DNA of 64,000 nt. Source: a virus. Made by a program: the position numbers and the translations under genes. Positions 21,368-30,428 of the stretch are shown here, in pieces. The notes under the pieces were generated by a model. It did not search any database, was not told the DNA's origin, and saw nothing but the letters and a program-made list of their open reading frames with translations. How positions within the stretch are numbered: the first letter of the stretch is position 1; each line of letters opens with the position of its first letter. The DNA lies in IMG/VR virus record IMGVR_UViG_3300020186_000001, positions 32,001-96,000 of that record; one strand, written 5' to 3'.

Positions 21368-21603
21368 ATGAACTTAAAACGAAATTCACTAGGGATCTTT
21401 TTATCTCCACTGTTGCTTTTGCTGCGCCTGGGGATCGCTACATTGAGAACCAAACGAGCAACAAAGACATCATCTTTCAGGTCAACAAAGCTGGCGTGAA
21501 GACTGAAGTCATGAGAGCGAATGGCACTACTGGAGCTGTCTCTTTAAAGGGTGTCGCAAATACAAATAACTACGCAAAATTCTACGCTGTACGAGTGAGA
21601 TAA
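21368..21603 (+). pseudogene. Frameshifted, probably internally deleted secreted-protein gene
   Basis: AAGGGG RBS + ATG; one extra T in the T5 run at 21398-21402 gives a 78-aa ORF MNLKRNSLGIFFISTVAFA-APGDRYIENQ...KFYAVRVR*. Confidence 0.55.
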
Positions 21604-21605
21604 CC

Positions 21606-22583
21606 ATGAAAACCTTGTTTCTAGTTCTTTTGCCCTTAATCACTAGCTGCGGTTGGGGACCATTCAAGAGGAAGCATGAGCAAGCAGACTCCACAACTCA
21701 AGGTCTTGACTTACTCGCCTCCAAAAAGCGACTCTACTGTGAACTGTCCAAAGACGCTTATGATAAAAAAGGGTATGTCGTTGCAAAATGCGACGGCTTA
21801 TTATTCACAAGCCTGCGGGGGATTGGCTGCCAAGATGCTGATGTCAGAGCTTTCGAAAGCACAGATAGACCAGGAAGATGGTACAGAAGTCCAACGCATG
21901 ATTGTTTTATCCCTTCTCAGGTGAATGTGGACAATGGAGCAAACTCCACTATCTCAAAAGACATGATACTCGGTCTCATGAACAACCTCTGGTATACTAA
22001 GAATCTAGCTGCTGTTGATCGAACTATTGAGTACGGCAAATCTCATAGCTGGATTATGGGCGAAGCCAAGGATGAAGCAACTGTCGCAAGCAAATGTGCG
22101 TTGTCTCCTGGCCTTATTTCAAACCTCTACGATATGCAGAGTAAACTGAATGGATCAGGACTTAATATTACTGCTCCAAGCTCAGAGGACGATGCTGTTG
22201 GAGTCAACACTGGATTCAGAGCACACTTGGATGTTCTACACGTCATTTTTTCCGGCTCTTTGTATGGTGCTATTAACGATATTCAAATCTCGACGTTGAA
22301 GAACCAGGCTAAAAGAATGCCTCGCAATGCTATGTATCAAGCTGCGAAATCAGCTTATGACGGTGGAGATCAGTCTGCGGCAGTGTCTCTTTTGATGGAT
22401 GAGAAAAGATTTCCTGCGGATCGTCTCCCGACATCTGCTGAATTTTGTTCAGATTACTTGTGGACAGATGATGACACCCCTAAAGATTGGGAGCCATGTC
22501 CCGATGGTAAGACTATCTATGAAGGACTTGACTTCATCATAGCCGCTTCAATTGCGGATGGATCATTCTTTAAGAGGCCGTAA
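21606..22583 (+). CDS. Putative lipoprotein
   Basis: MKTLFLVLLPLITSC signal/lipobox; 325 aa, several Cys. Confidence 0.7.
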   Translation: MKTLFLVLLPLITSCGWGPFKRKHEQADSTTQGLDLLASKKRLYCELSKDAYDKKGYVVAKCDGLLFTSLRGIGCQDADVRAFESTDRPGRWYRSPTHDCFIPSQVNVDNGANSTISKDMILGLMNNLWYTKNLAAVDRTIEYGKSHSWIMGEAKDEATVASKCALSPGLISNLYDMQSKLNGSGLNITAPSSEDDAVGVNTGFRAHLDVLHVIFSGSLYGAINDIQISTLKNQAKRMPRNAMYQAAKSAYDGGDQSAAVSLLMDEKRFPADRLPTSAEFCSDYLWTDDDTPKDWEPCPDGKTIYEGLDFIIAASIADGSFFKRP

Positions 22584-22784
22584 ATGAAACTCATCATCGA
22601 TAGAGAAAAAACTGTCGATGAAGCTGAGAAGCGGAAAGCTAAGAACGCAGATCTTATTGCAAGAATGAAGGCTGGCGAATCAACCTCTCTTTATAGCCCT
22701 CAAGCAACATGGTTTCCTCCTAGACCTATAATCGAAAAAGACAAAGATATAGTTAAAAAGCTTTTTGAGGTTGAAGATGAGTAA
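22584..22784 (+). CDS. Hypothetical protein
   Basis: 66 aa, abuts previous stop. Confidence 0.55.
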   Translation: MKLIIDREKTVDEAEKRKAKNADLIARMKAGESTSLYSPQATWFPPRPIIEKDKDIVKKLFEVEDE

Positions 22785-23208
22785 CGAGATACTACTCACC
22801 ATAGCTAAAGACTACGGCCCGATATTTCTGTCGGTAGTTGGGACCATCCTTCTCGCAGTGCTCAGTGGTATCGGCTGGATGGTTGGCTACATCTGGAAGA
22901 ACGAAAAGAAAAATATCAAAACAATCGCAGATGGTTTCAAAAGCTTAGCCGAGTCTTTCACCGTTCTTGAAAAACAGAACATCTCAGAACATGGTAAACT
23001 ATGGGATATCATACAACAGCAGAGAGCAGAGCTTGGCATCCATATCAGAAGTAATGATCATTTGAAATCAACGATCATGAACCTGGAGGGAATTGTTAAA
23101 TCGCAGCAAGAGACCTTGTTTAAACACGTTGAGAAGATTACGAGAGTTGATTCTAAGCTTGAGGCGATATTCAGACACCTCGATGCACCAAAAAGAGCTA
23201 CAGATTAA
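22777..23208 (+). CDS. Membrane-anchored coiled-coil protein (holin/antiholin-like)
   Basis: One N-terminal hydrophobic segment then heptads; GAGG RBS. Confidence 0.55.
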   Translation: MSNEILLTIAKDYGPIFLSVVGTILLAVLSGIGWMVGYIWKNEKKNIKTIADGFKSLAESFTVLEKQNISEHGKLWDIIQQQRAELGIHIRSNDHLKSTIMNLEGIVKSQQETLFKHVEKITRVDSKLEAIFRHLDAPKRATD

Positions 23209-23253
23209 TTCAAAATGACCGATGAACAACTAACTTTAATTTGGAGGTTTTTT

Positions 23254-23646
23254 ATGAAAGCTGCATTTTTCGCATTGGTATTTCTAAGTCTAGCCGATAT
23301 CGCACTGGCTGCTGATGTCATTGCAACCGTTGCACCAGTTGAGGCTGCTCCAAGTATGTTCGCTGGCATTCTTGCTATGATTATGAATCCAGCAATGATG
23401 GCAAAGATCGTTGCAATGATGGTTGGCCTTCAATTGATCCTTCGCGGTATGGCTGAAGGCTTAACCAAGATCTCGGTTTATACCGACAACAACTGGGATA
23501 ACAAGATTTCTGGGATGCTTTCTGAAGCTGCATGGCTTCTTGGATCAATCCTTGGCAAGTTCGGATACAGCGAACCATCAGAAGTCTCCAAATACAAAGT
23601 AGAACTGGCACAAGAAAAATCAGTCGCACAAGCTCCTCAGAAATGA
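23254..23646 (+). CDS. Membrane protein (holin-like)
   Basis: GGAGG RBS; signal-like N-terminus, hydrophobic segments, TDNNWDNK motif. Confidence 0.55.
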   Translation: MKAAFFALVFLSLADIALAADVIATVAPVEAAPSMFAGILAMIMNPAMMAKIVAMMVGLQLILRGMAEGLTKISVYTDNNWDNKISGMLSEAAWLLGSILGKFGYSEPSEVSKYKVELAQEKSVAQAPQK

Positions 23647-23930
23647 GCGAACAACCGGTTCAAGAGGCTGTGAAAAAACCACTCTCAACTGCACAGTTGG
23701 GATTGAGTCTTCTTTCTTTCATGGAGAAGTTCGGTCTTGCAGTCCTAATTGGCTTGTTAGAGCTTGCGAGGATTAAGCAGAAAAAAGCTGAGAACTCGTA
23801 TGCTCTTGAAAAAACAAAAGCCGAAGTGAGGGAGAAGCAAGATGCGGTTGATAAGAGAATGGCAGAGAAGAGTGATCGCGATGTTATTACTGATTTCCTA
23901 CAGTCCGATGACAAAGGCTCAGGAAGCTAG
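23643..23930 (+). CDS. Membrane-anchored coiled-coil protein (spanin-like)
   Basis: ATGA-coupled start MSEQPVQ; hydrophobic stretch then charged helix. Confidence 0.45.
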   Translation: MSEQPVQEAVKKPLSTAQLGLSLLSFMEKFGLAVLIGLLELARIKQKKAENSYALEKTKAEVREKQDAVDKRMAEKSDRDVITDFLQSDDKGSGS

Positions 23931-24183
23931 CTCGGTATCGTTTGACAAGCCTCTTCTTTGTCTTGATTCAAGAGATCAAACAAAGATCTCAAAAGCAATT
24001 AAAGATCTTTTGAAATGTCAAATTGATCTTGATGCTAAAAATAAACTCATTGATGAAAGATTGATCACCTATCAAAACACGCCAACGACTACATGGTGGC
24101 AAGAGCCTTCTGTGATCGTTGGCGGAGTAACTGTCTCATTTTGTTTGGGTGCGCTAGTTGCTTATTCGATGACTCGCAAGTAA
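23842..24183 (+). CDS. Exported/membrane protein overlapping previous gene (spanin-like partner)
   Basis: Signal-like N-terminus, C-terminal hydrophobic helix; 89-nt overlap. Confidence 0.45.
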   Translation: MRLIREWQRRVIAMLLLISYSPMTKAQEASSVSFDKPLLCLDSRDQTKISKAIKDLLKCQIDLDAKNKLIDERLITYQNTPTTTWWQEPSVIVGGVTVSFCLGALVAYSMTRK

Positions 24184-24212
24184 AATTGCTACATCATTCT
24201 TCTTTCAGATTG

Positions 24213-24497
24213 CTATCCTCCTTGGAGTGCTTCGATGCTATCGGAGCATTCTTTTTGAGACTCCTTTACAATCTCTGACATCTCTTTTAAAAACGACAAG
24301 TGAATACCAAGTGTGTCTACAACGTCTTTTACAGCTTTCGCAGTTAGTGGAGAGATAAGCAGATACTCGTCGATGACTTTGATAAGACTAGAATTCGCAG
24401 CTTCAATAAAAATGATCGCATCATTTAAATGATCTTGATGCTCATCACCCTGCTCTTGCTTCTCAACCCAAATCTCTTTCATACGTCCCATAAGCAC
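24213..24497 (-). CDS. Hypothetical acidic protein
   Basis: 94 aa ORF; GAGGT RBS before MGRMK. Confidence 0.6.
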   Translation of the reverse strand: MLMGRMKEIWVEKQEQGDEHQDHLNDAIIFIEAANSSLIKVIDEYLLISPLTAKAVKDVVDTLGIHLSFLKEMSEIVKESQKECSDSIEALQGG

Positions 24498-24514
24498 CTC
24501 AGTTGTTGCGAAAT

Positions 24515-24634
24515 TTAACGCTCCATATCGCTATCTTGGGCATCCGACACCTTGCCGGAATACCAGTCTTCAAATCCTTCTTCGCAGTCGCCAGACTCAA
24601 CCAACTCTTCCCATTCCAAATATAATTCGTCCAT
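24515..24634 (-). CDS. 39-aa acidic microprotein (paralog of 31808-31927)
   Basis: AAGGAG RBS; MDELYLEWEELVESGDCEEGFEDWYSGKVSDAQDSDMER; not in ORF track. Confidence 0.75.
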   Translation of the reverse strand: MDELYLEWEELVESGDCEEGFEDWYSGKVSDAQDSDMER

Positions 24635-24648
24635 TTTAGTCTCCTTGT

Positions 24649-24861
24649 TTAAGAGCCGACTTTGTCTTCAAGTTCAAGATTGCAAGCGAGCTGCGAGTCG
24701 AGAAATTTGAAATTTTGAAGATCAGCGTCTGCGCTTTCGCGATCCCGGTACAAGCCCAAAACTTCGAACTTGCCGTTTAGCTCACTCCATAACTCGTATC
24801 GCATCGACTTGTCTTCGCTTCCGACGGCGATCATCAAGCTGTATGTCCTGTAGGTCTTCAT
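24649..24861 (-). CDS. Hypothetical protein
   Basis: 70 aa, AAGGAG RBS, just downstream of promoter motif. Confidence 0.7.
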   Translation of the reverse strand: MKTYRTYSLMIAVGSEDKSMRYELWSELNGKFEVLGLYRDRESADADLQNFKFLDSQLACNLELEDKVGS

Positions 24862-24911
24862 CGCGTTCTCCTTTGTGTGTGTTTGCTTGGTTGTTGTATC
24901 TTTTACATACT

Positions 24912-24942
24912 AATACATCGTACTTTTTCGTATTAAACTTTA
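24912..24942 (-). promoter_or_regulatory. Sigma28-like promoter motif, copy 1
   Basis: TAAAGTTTAATACGAAAAAGTACGATGTATT on - strand. Confidence 0.75.
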
Positions 24943-24994
24943 ATAAATCTTGATACATCAATCACATCATAAGGTTACGGTCTGTTGAAATCGT

Positions 24995-25034
24995 AAAAAG
25001 AAAAAACCCCGTAAGATGTTGATCCTACGAGGTT
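24995..25034 (-). terminator. Rho-independent terminator
   Basis: - strand AACCTCGTAGGAT-CAAC-ATCTTACGGGGTT hairpin followed by TTTTCTTTTT. Confidence 0.7.
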
Positions 25035-25077
25035 CATTCCGGTGGTTCTTAGTGGCTAAACGGAGAGCACCGGAAAT

Positions 25078-25374
25078 CTATGATTTAGTTAGCTTTTTCT
25101 TGGCCAACCTGAATCTTGGGTTCTTAAGGCTTTCTAGCTTCTTGAAATAGGCATCCTTATTCACGCCCATCCCAGCCTTAAAGCATCGTCCTTCAAAATC
25201 ACATGTTCCGCAAGTATTGTTCTCAAACTCCCAGAACCCGAAACACGATCCATCGACTGCCTTCAAATGTAGAGAGGACCGGACAATTGCAGCATTCAGG
25301 TATTCAACAGTGGCTTCTGGCAGAACTGGTATTCCACGAGCTTCACAATATTCAATCAGTTGTTTCTTGTTCAT
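25078..25374 (-). CDS. Small Cys-cluster protein
   Basis: Likely start MNKKQLIEYC (HeH/SAP-like N-terminus); C-x10-CxxC-x5-C. Confidence 0.65.
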   Translation of the reverse strand: MNKKQLIEYCEARGIPVLPEATVEYLNAAIVRSSLHLKAVDGSCFGFWEFENNTCGTCDFEGRCFKAGMGVNKDAYFKKLESLKNPRFRLAKKKLTKS

Positions 25375-25523
25375 GGCTTCGTTATTTTGCAACGCCTACA
25401 GTAATTAACTTTAACTACACTGCTATCGACTCTCTTGAACTTGTGACCTAAGATCATGCAAAGGTACTCTGCCAACTCGTCGAACCAGTCTCTCCTTACT
25501 CGGCTTGATTTTAAAATACTCAT
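25371..25523 (-). CDS. 50-aa Zn-finger-like microprotein
   Basis: MSILK...LCMILGHKF...YCRRCKITKP; coupled on both sides; not in ORF track. Confidence 0.6.
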   Translation of the reverse strand: MSILKSSRVRRDWFDELAEYLCMILGHKFKRVDSSVVKVNYCRRCKITKP

Positions 25524-27347
25524 TCATCCCCCTACAATTTTGGCCAGCTTTCGCATAGCATCTTTTGGCAAATCCTTTACGTTTTTAAGAACTATGTAAT
25601 CAGAATAGAAGTGCTTAACTGAGTCAGTTTCGATACCTATTCCGATACATTCAATGCCTGACTTTTCAATAAGCTTAACCTTGTTCTTAAGATCGGAGCA
25701 TAAGATGCCGCGATTGCCGTCACCTGTTGACGGTTCACCGTCACTTAGGACTAGGAGTATTTTACGCTTCTCTTTGCGATTGCCAACCCGCTTCGCTGCC
25801 CAAGACACACACTCGCCATCAGGGTTCTGGACTCCAACGAAGAGGCTTTCAATGCCGCTTAAGGATTGAGTATCAAATGACTTGAAGACGTGAAGCTCAA
25901 GCCGCTCTCTGGTGCGGTTGAATCGACTTATATCGGCCTTGCGAGCCATGTTTATAACATTGCGGTCATCTTCCGAGTAGAACCCTGTCACTTCAAAGGG
26001 TATCTGAAGGTCTTTCAAAGCCTCTGCCATCGCGACGCAGGCCATCTTGGCAGTTCTCATTCTGCCAACCATTGAGCCAGACATATCGACTAGAATCTCA
26101 ACTGCAACATTGTTGGTCTCAGTCTTAGTGAACGATTTAAAGACTCTTCTGTTGTTAGGATTGACAAGCATTTTGTTGAGACTACGTGCGTCAATCCTGC
26201 CTCGCTCTTTGTCCGAGGTCCACTTTGCATCTTCTTTGACTTTTAGAACACGCTCAAGTTGGGACTTGATCGGTGCAACAAGTGAAGCGACATCCTGCTT
26301 TAATCTTGCGTAGGCTTTTGCATCACCCTTGCCGCTATGATCTGTAACCTTGTCAAATCTAGTAGTGAGAGGGATGGATCGTGAGCCTTCAAATATCGGA
26401 CTCATCACACCGCGAGCAGTTTCTTTGACTTCTTGCTTAATTGCATCTTTGATCTCTTTATTGATGAGACTGTGAATGTCATGGACGTGCTCATCAAACT
26501 TAGAATCTTTTGCATCAGGCTTCTCATCAAGCATCCTTCTTATTGCGGAAGGGCGACCACTACTGTCAGATAGCTTCTTCCCTTTCTTTGGACTACTTTC
26601 GCCTTCACTGGGAGTCTCACTTGAGCCTTCTCCTTCTCCTTCTCCTTCTCCTTCTCCTTCTGGACTTTCACTTTCAGGATCACCTCCGGTAGAGTCACCT
26701 TTTTCGCCTTTTCCTGAATCCTCTGGTTTCGACTCTCCATCTTTGGAGCTTTCACTACTTTTTTCTTCACGTTCTTTTTCCTCTTCTTTCCCAATCAATC
26801 GAACAATTTCTTCAGTAGCAACTCGAAGCTCAACAGTTGAATTGCAAGCTCCAAGGACGCTGGCCTTCTCACGCACAGCTTCTATATACCTTTTAGTATC
26901 CTTGTCAATACGAGGTTCTAAGCCTTCCATCATATCTGAGACGGCAAGTATGATCCTCACCAGCGGAGCGATCTCACTCCACTCATCGCTAATTCTTTTG
27001 CGAAGCTTCACATTGAGAGGATTTATATTGAAGGCAGTGCCAGGAAACTCATTAATAATCGCCTTCTCAATACGATTGTCTTCAGCCGCATTCAGCATGA
27101 TCTTATGAAAGTTTGAAATCACATATTTAATTTCATCCATTTTAGTGAACTTGCAATGAGCGACCTCGTGATCAAGATAGCCGTTCAGGTCTGCCCTTAG
27201 TTCTGGAGTGATATTAGTGAAGCTTGGGAGCACAATCTTTTTGCCGTCAGTGTAAGCCCCACTGCCTTCAAAGATCACATCAATATGGTATTGGCGAGCA
27301 ATGATACGAGCAATTTTCTCAAGAGAGGATTCAAATAAGTGACTCAT
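25524..27347 (-). CDS. vWA-domain protein (CobT-like partner of MoxR AAA)
   Basis: AYTDGKKIVLP, HEVAH metallopeptidase-like motif, acidic GE linker, MIDAS DMSGSM and LSDGEP. Confidence 0.9.
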   Translation of the reverse strand: MSHLFESSLEKIARIIARQYHIDVIFEGSGAYTDGKKIVLPSFTNITPELRADLNGYLDHEVAHCKFTKMDEIKYVISNFHKIMLNAAEDNRIEKAIINEFPGTAFNINPLNVKLRKRISDEWSEIAPLVRIILAVSDMMEGLEPRIDKDTKRYIEAVREKASVLGACNSTVELRVATEEIVRLIGKEEEKEREEKSSESSKDGESKPEDSGKGEKGDSTGGDPESESPEGEGEGEGEGEGSSETPSEGESSPKKGKKLSDSSGRPSAIRRMLDEKPDAKDSKFDEHVHDIHSLINKEIKDAIKQEVKETARGVMSPIFEGSRSIPLTTRFDKVTDHSGKGDAKAYARLKQDVASLVAPIKSQLERVLKVKEDAKWTSDKERGRIDARSLNKMLVNPNNRRVFKSFTKTETNNVAVEILVDMSGSMVGRMRTAKMACVAMAEALKDLQIPFEVTGFYSEDDRNVINMARKADISRFNRTRERLELHVFKSFDTQSLSGIESLFVGVQNPDGECVSWAAKRVGNRKEKRKILLVLSDGEPSTGDGNRGILCSDLKNKVKLIEKSGIECIGIGIETDSVKHFYSDYIVLKNVKDLPKDAMRKLAKIVGG

Positions 27348-27348
27348 G

Positions 27349-28419
27349 TTATTTGCCTCCCGCATTGCCAATCATGACACGTTGAATAATACCTTTGATC
27401 ACTTCCGCATCCTCTGGACTAATCTTATTCAAAATTGAGGTTTGGGCTGCTTTCATAGGATCACGGTATCGCACCATGAGCTTTGCCCAATCAAGCATCC
27501 TGCGAAGTGAGAACGTGCATTGTATCTCTTCTTTGTTGAAAGACTCTCGAATCATGCCAGCGACTTTGACAATCACTGTTGCGATCTTGACAGTCAACTT
27601 TGGGACAGAAGCAACAAGGACTTTGGCCTCTTCATCGGCTGGCAGATAATTGACGTGATAGACGCTCCAACGATCAAGGAAAGCTTCATTCATTAGATTA
27701 GTGCCTTGATACAAAGACCTGAATTGAGACATACACCCAACCGTATTGGCTGTTGCAAAAACTCTAAACTCAGGATGAGCGTGAACAACTTCGTGATCTC
27801 TTTCTTTTAACATCAAGGCACCGCTTGGCTCTAAGACGCTATTAAGAACTGAGAGGATCTCTTGCCCTGCAAAGTCAATCTCATCGAGAATCATCCAATA
27901 ACCCTCACGCATGGCTTTCGGCAGCACCCCGTCAACCCATACCATCTCGCCACCACGAACGCTCCACATGCCTACGAAATCAGAGATTGTCATTTGACCG
28001 TTTAAATTGACTCGAATAAGATTGTTCTTAGTGCGAGCTGCGATCTGCTGAATGATGGAAGTTTTGCCACAGCCAGTGTGACCTGTTAGCATGATTCTTC
28101 TGTTCTCCAAGATGTCAGTGCAAATATCACTGGCAAAATCAGAGAAGAAGAAAGCCTCATTTATGGCTGGGACAAAAACGCTGCCATTCGCAAGCGGCAT
28201 CTCAACATCACCAATCTTAATTGAGTCTTCTGACACGGCATCACTCCCACTCCAAACAACCTGGGTTTCATCGACATCGAACTTAAGCATATACCATGCA
28301 AGGATTCCATCTGCGAACTTGGAACCCTCTGGATGGCCAGCGTGCTTCTTCTCGATGTGATCAACTAGATCATCCGATTTGAAATCACAAATTTTACAAC
28401 TCAAATGCTTCTTACTCAT
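27349..28419 (-). CDS. MoxR/CobS/CbbQ-type AAA+ ATPase with N-terminal C2H2-like finger
   Basis: GHTGCGKTS, ILDEID, ATANT, AFLDRW; start MSKKHLSC after GGGGAG RBS. Confidence 0.9.
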   Translation of the reverse strand: MSKKHLSCKICDFKSDDLVDHIEKKHAGHPEGSKFADGILAWYMLKFDVDETQVVWSGSDAVSEDSIKIGDVEMPLANGSVFVPAINEAFFFSDFASDICTDILENRRIMLTGHTGCGKTSIIQQIAARTKNNLIRVNLNGQMTISDFVGMWSVRGGEMVWVDGVLPKAMREGYWMILDEIDFAGQEILSVLNSVLEPSGALMLKERDHEVVHAHPEFRVFATANTVGCMSQFRSLYQGTNLMNEAFLDRWSVYHVNYLPADEEAKVLVASVPKLTVKIATVIVKVAGMIRESFNKEEIQCTFSLRRMLDWAKLMVRYRDPMKAAQTSILNKISPEDAEVIKGIIQRVMIGNAGGK

Positions 28420-28463
28420 ACAATGTTCTCCCCGTTTAGCCTTGGTTTTAGAACTTACATTGT

Positions 28464-28494
28464 AATACATCGTCATATTTTGTATGAAACTTTA
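28464..28494 (-). promoter_or_regulatory. Sigma28-like promoter motif, copy 2
   Basis: TAAAGTTTCATACAAAATATGACGATGTATT. Confidence 0.75.
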
Positions 28495-28503
28495 GGGAAT
28501 CTG

Positions 28504-28758
28504 TCAACTAGCTTTACTGACTAGCTTATTTTGCTTAACAAATTCATCCATTCCGAACGCTAGTAGGATTAGGACTGCCTCGGTTTTACTGACTTTCCGC
28601 GATCCTGGACCTCTTTGAGCCTCCAAGACCTTGATCGCTTGATCAATAAAGTGCTCTTGCTTCTCATTCAAACGAATGGTCAGCATTCTGATTTTCAATT
28701 CATCGTGCTCAATCACATTCTTGGCTTTCATACTCTTGCTCCTCTTTACATATTTCAT
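28504..28758 (-). CDS. Ribbon-helix-helix-like DNA-binding protein
   Basis: RMLTIRLNEKQEHFIDQA...SKTEAVLILL pattern; GGGAG RBS. Confidence 0.6.
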   Translation of the reverse strand: MKYVKRSKSMKAKNVIEHDELKIRMLTIRLNEKQEHFIDQAIKVLEAQRGPGSRKVSKTEAVLILLAFGMDEFVKQNKLVSKAS

Positions 28759-28772
28759 GAAACACTCCCTGT

Positions 28773-29618
28773 TTATATCAACCCTGATACGCTACACGCT
28801 TGCTGCATGGTGATATCGTGAAGATCCAATATCTTCCTAATGTCTTCTTGATAACCACCTGCCAGTGCAAACGCACAACCCTTTTTATGTTTTTTGCAAT
28901 ACTCAAAAACAATGCGATCTCTTCTGCGAATTTGGTCAACCGTGAAAACACCTCCTAATGGATCATTGATAAAACTATCCATACCTGCGTTGTATATGAT
29001 GAGACTGCAACCCTTAAATTGCCTCTTAAGGAACTTCGGTAGTGCTTTAAGCCAAGCCTCAGCGTCATCTGAGCGAACATCTGAATAGCCAAGGCTCCAA
29101 TGAGAGATATTCAAATCAAGTTTTTCTATGATGTCTTTTGTCCCATTCCCTGCGTGAGCATCAACATCAAAAATGCCAACCTTGCGAGCTAACCCTTTTT
29201 CTAGGACTTCAACTGCTCCAAGGACCAGGCTTCCGAAAGTGCAAAAGCCTCCGCCATGGCTATATGTGGCGTGATGGCTGCCACTGGTAGGAGACGCACA
29301 GATTTCCTTAGTTTCAGCGGCATGAACGGCTGCTGCCACCATGGAGCCACAAACCCAAGGGAGAGCGTCAGCGACACTCTTGAGCCTATTGTGGAACCCA
29401 TTATCTTGAGTACAGCTTAAAACGCCTTTAACGTAGCTGGGATCGTGTATCTTGCTTATCTGCTTGATAGAGGATGGTCTGAATGACCTGACCGCTACGG
29501 GCAGTCCTAGTGCCTTCCAGGACGCGACAACCTTTGCAGGCTTACCTGCCGATGGGCTAAAGCTATCGTTGTCTAAAACTGTTTGTTTTTCGTTGTAAAA
29601 CACCATAACCCTACTCAT
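28773..29618 (-). CDS. Zn-dependent histone-deacetylase-family (HDAC/AcuC/APAH) hydrolase
   Basis: GSHHA, GGFCTF, DVDAHAGNGT, NAGMD...DPLG and LAGGY motifs all present. Confidence 0.92.
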   Translation of the reverse strand: MSRVMVFYNEKQTVLDNDSFSPSAGKPAKVVASWKALGLPVAVRSFRPSSIKQISKIHDPSYVKGVLSCTQDNGFHNRLKSVADALPWVCGSMVAAAVHAAETKEICASPTSGSHHATYSHGGGFCTFGSLVLGAVEVLEKGLARKVGIFDVDAHAGNGTKDIIEKLDLNISHWSLGYSDVRSDDAEAWLKALPKFLKRQFKGCSLIIYNAGMDSFINDPLGGVFTVDQIRRRDRIVFEYCKKHKKGCAFALAGGYQEDIRKILDLHDITMQQACSVSGLI

Positions 29619-29645
29619 ACATCGCCTCCTTGTTGCTTACAATAT

Positions 29646-29676
29646 CATACATCGTCATTTTCCGTCTTAAACTTGA
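29646..29676 (-). promoter_or_regulatory. Sigma28-like promoter motif, copy 3
   Basis: TCAAGTTTAAGACGGAAAATGACGATGTATG. Confidence 0.7.
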
Positions 29677-29708
29677 GTAAAACTCAATACACTAGTAATA
29701 TCATCGCT

Positions 29709-30380
29709 TTAGTGAGTCTTCGTTGTTTTTGATTTAGAAGCTTCGGCTTTTGGGATACTCAAGCCTTCATCACTAATCTGCGAACACTCGTATTTAGTCA
29801 AAGAAGACTCAAAGGTTGAAAGGATGACTGGCTCAGACTTGCGGTCAACAATCTCAACTTCAGCACTGGCAGCAAAGTTGAAGCAGAACCTTTTGACTTC
29901 AGAATCTTTAGTCAATTTAATCGAGATACGCTTCACGGCTTTCAATCGGTATTGGCCGTCAGAGGTGTCTGAGGGCAGGCGAAAGAAGAAGGTGTCATCT
30001 GAGCCTAGATAAGCCCTGCCAGCGGCACCATGGCCGTCTGAGGCAGCAAGGAACACCGTCATGCCTTGAGTGAGGTCTTTGAACCCAAGCTTAGCGTCAA
30101 ACTCTGCGTCATAGCCCTTGTACCCTGCGTCAGCGATCCTCTTAGCTAGACGGTCAACCTCGGCTGTGTAGTAGGCTTCAATGTCTCTGTAGTGCTCACC
30201 GTCAACACTCACATCAAAGGCACCTGAGACGGAGCCTGTGACTGATATCAGGCCAAGCTTTTCTTTAGGGCATTCTGCCTTGGATGAGTCTTTGGCACAG
30301 TCAATTTGGCTTTTGTCGTTAGTCATCTGACCGCAGGCTGTGTTTAAAATCACTGTTAGAATCGCTAGTTGTGTCTTCAT
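29709..30380 (-). CDS. Putative lipoprotein
   Basis: MKTQLAILTVILNTAC lipobox-like; AAGGAG RBS. Confidence 0.7.
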   Translation of the reverse strand: MKTQLAILTVILNTACGQMTNDKSQIDCAKDSSKAECPKEKLGLISVTGSVSGAFDVSVDGEHYRDIEAYYTAEVDRLAKRIADAGYKGYDAEFDAKLGFKDLTQGMTVFLAASDGHGAAGRAYLGSDDTFFFRLPSDTSDGQYRLKAVKRISIKLTKDSEVKRFCFNFAASAEVEIVDRKSEPVILSTFESSLTKYECSQISDEGLSIPKAEASKSKTTKTH

Positions 30381-30428
30381 TTGATACTCCTTTTTAAAGT
30401 TACATTAGAATCATCACGCTTATATTAT

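Noticed and set aside
19890-21603. Diversity-generating retroelement or invertible shufflon at the fibre tip
   Set aside because: No reverse transcriptase or recombinase, no adenine-variant repeat pair and no inverted crossover sites seen.
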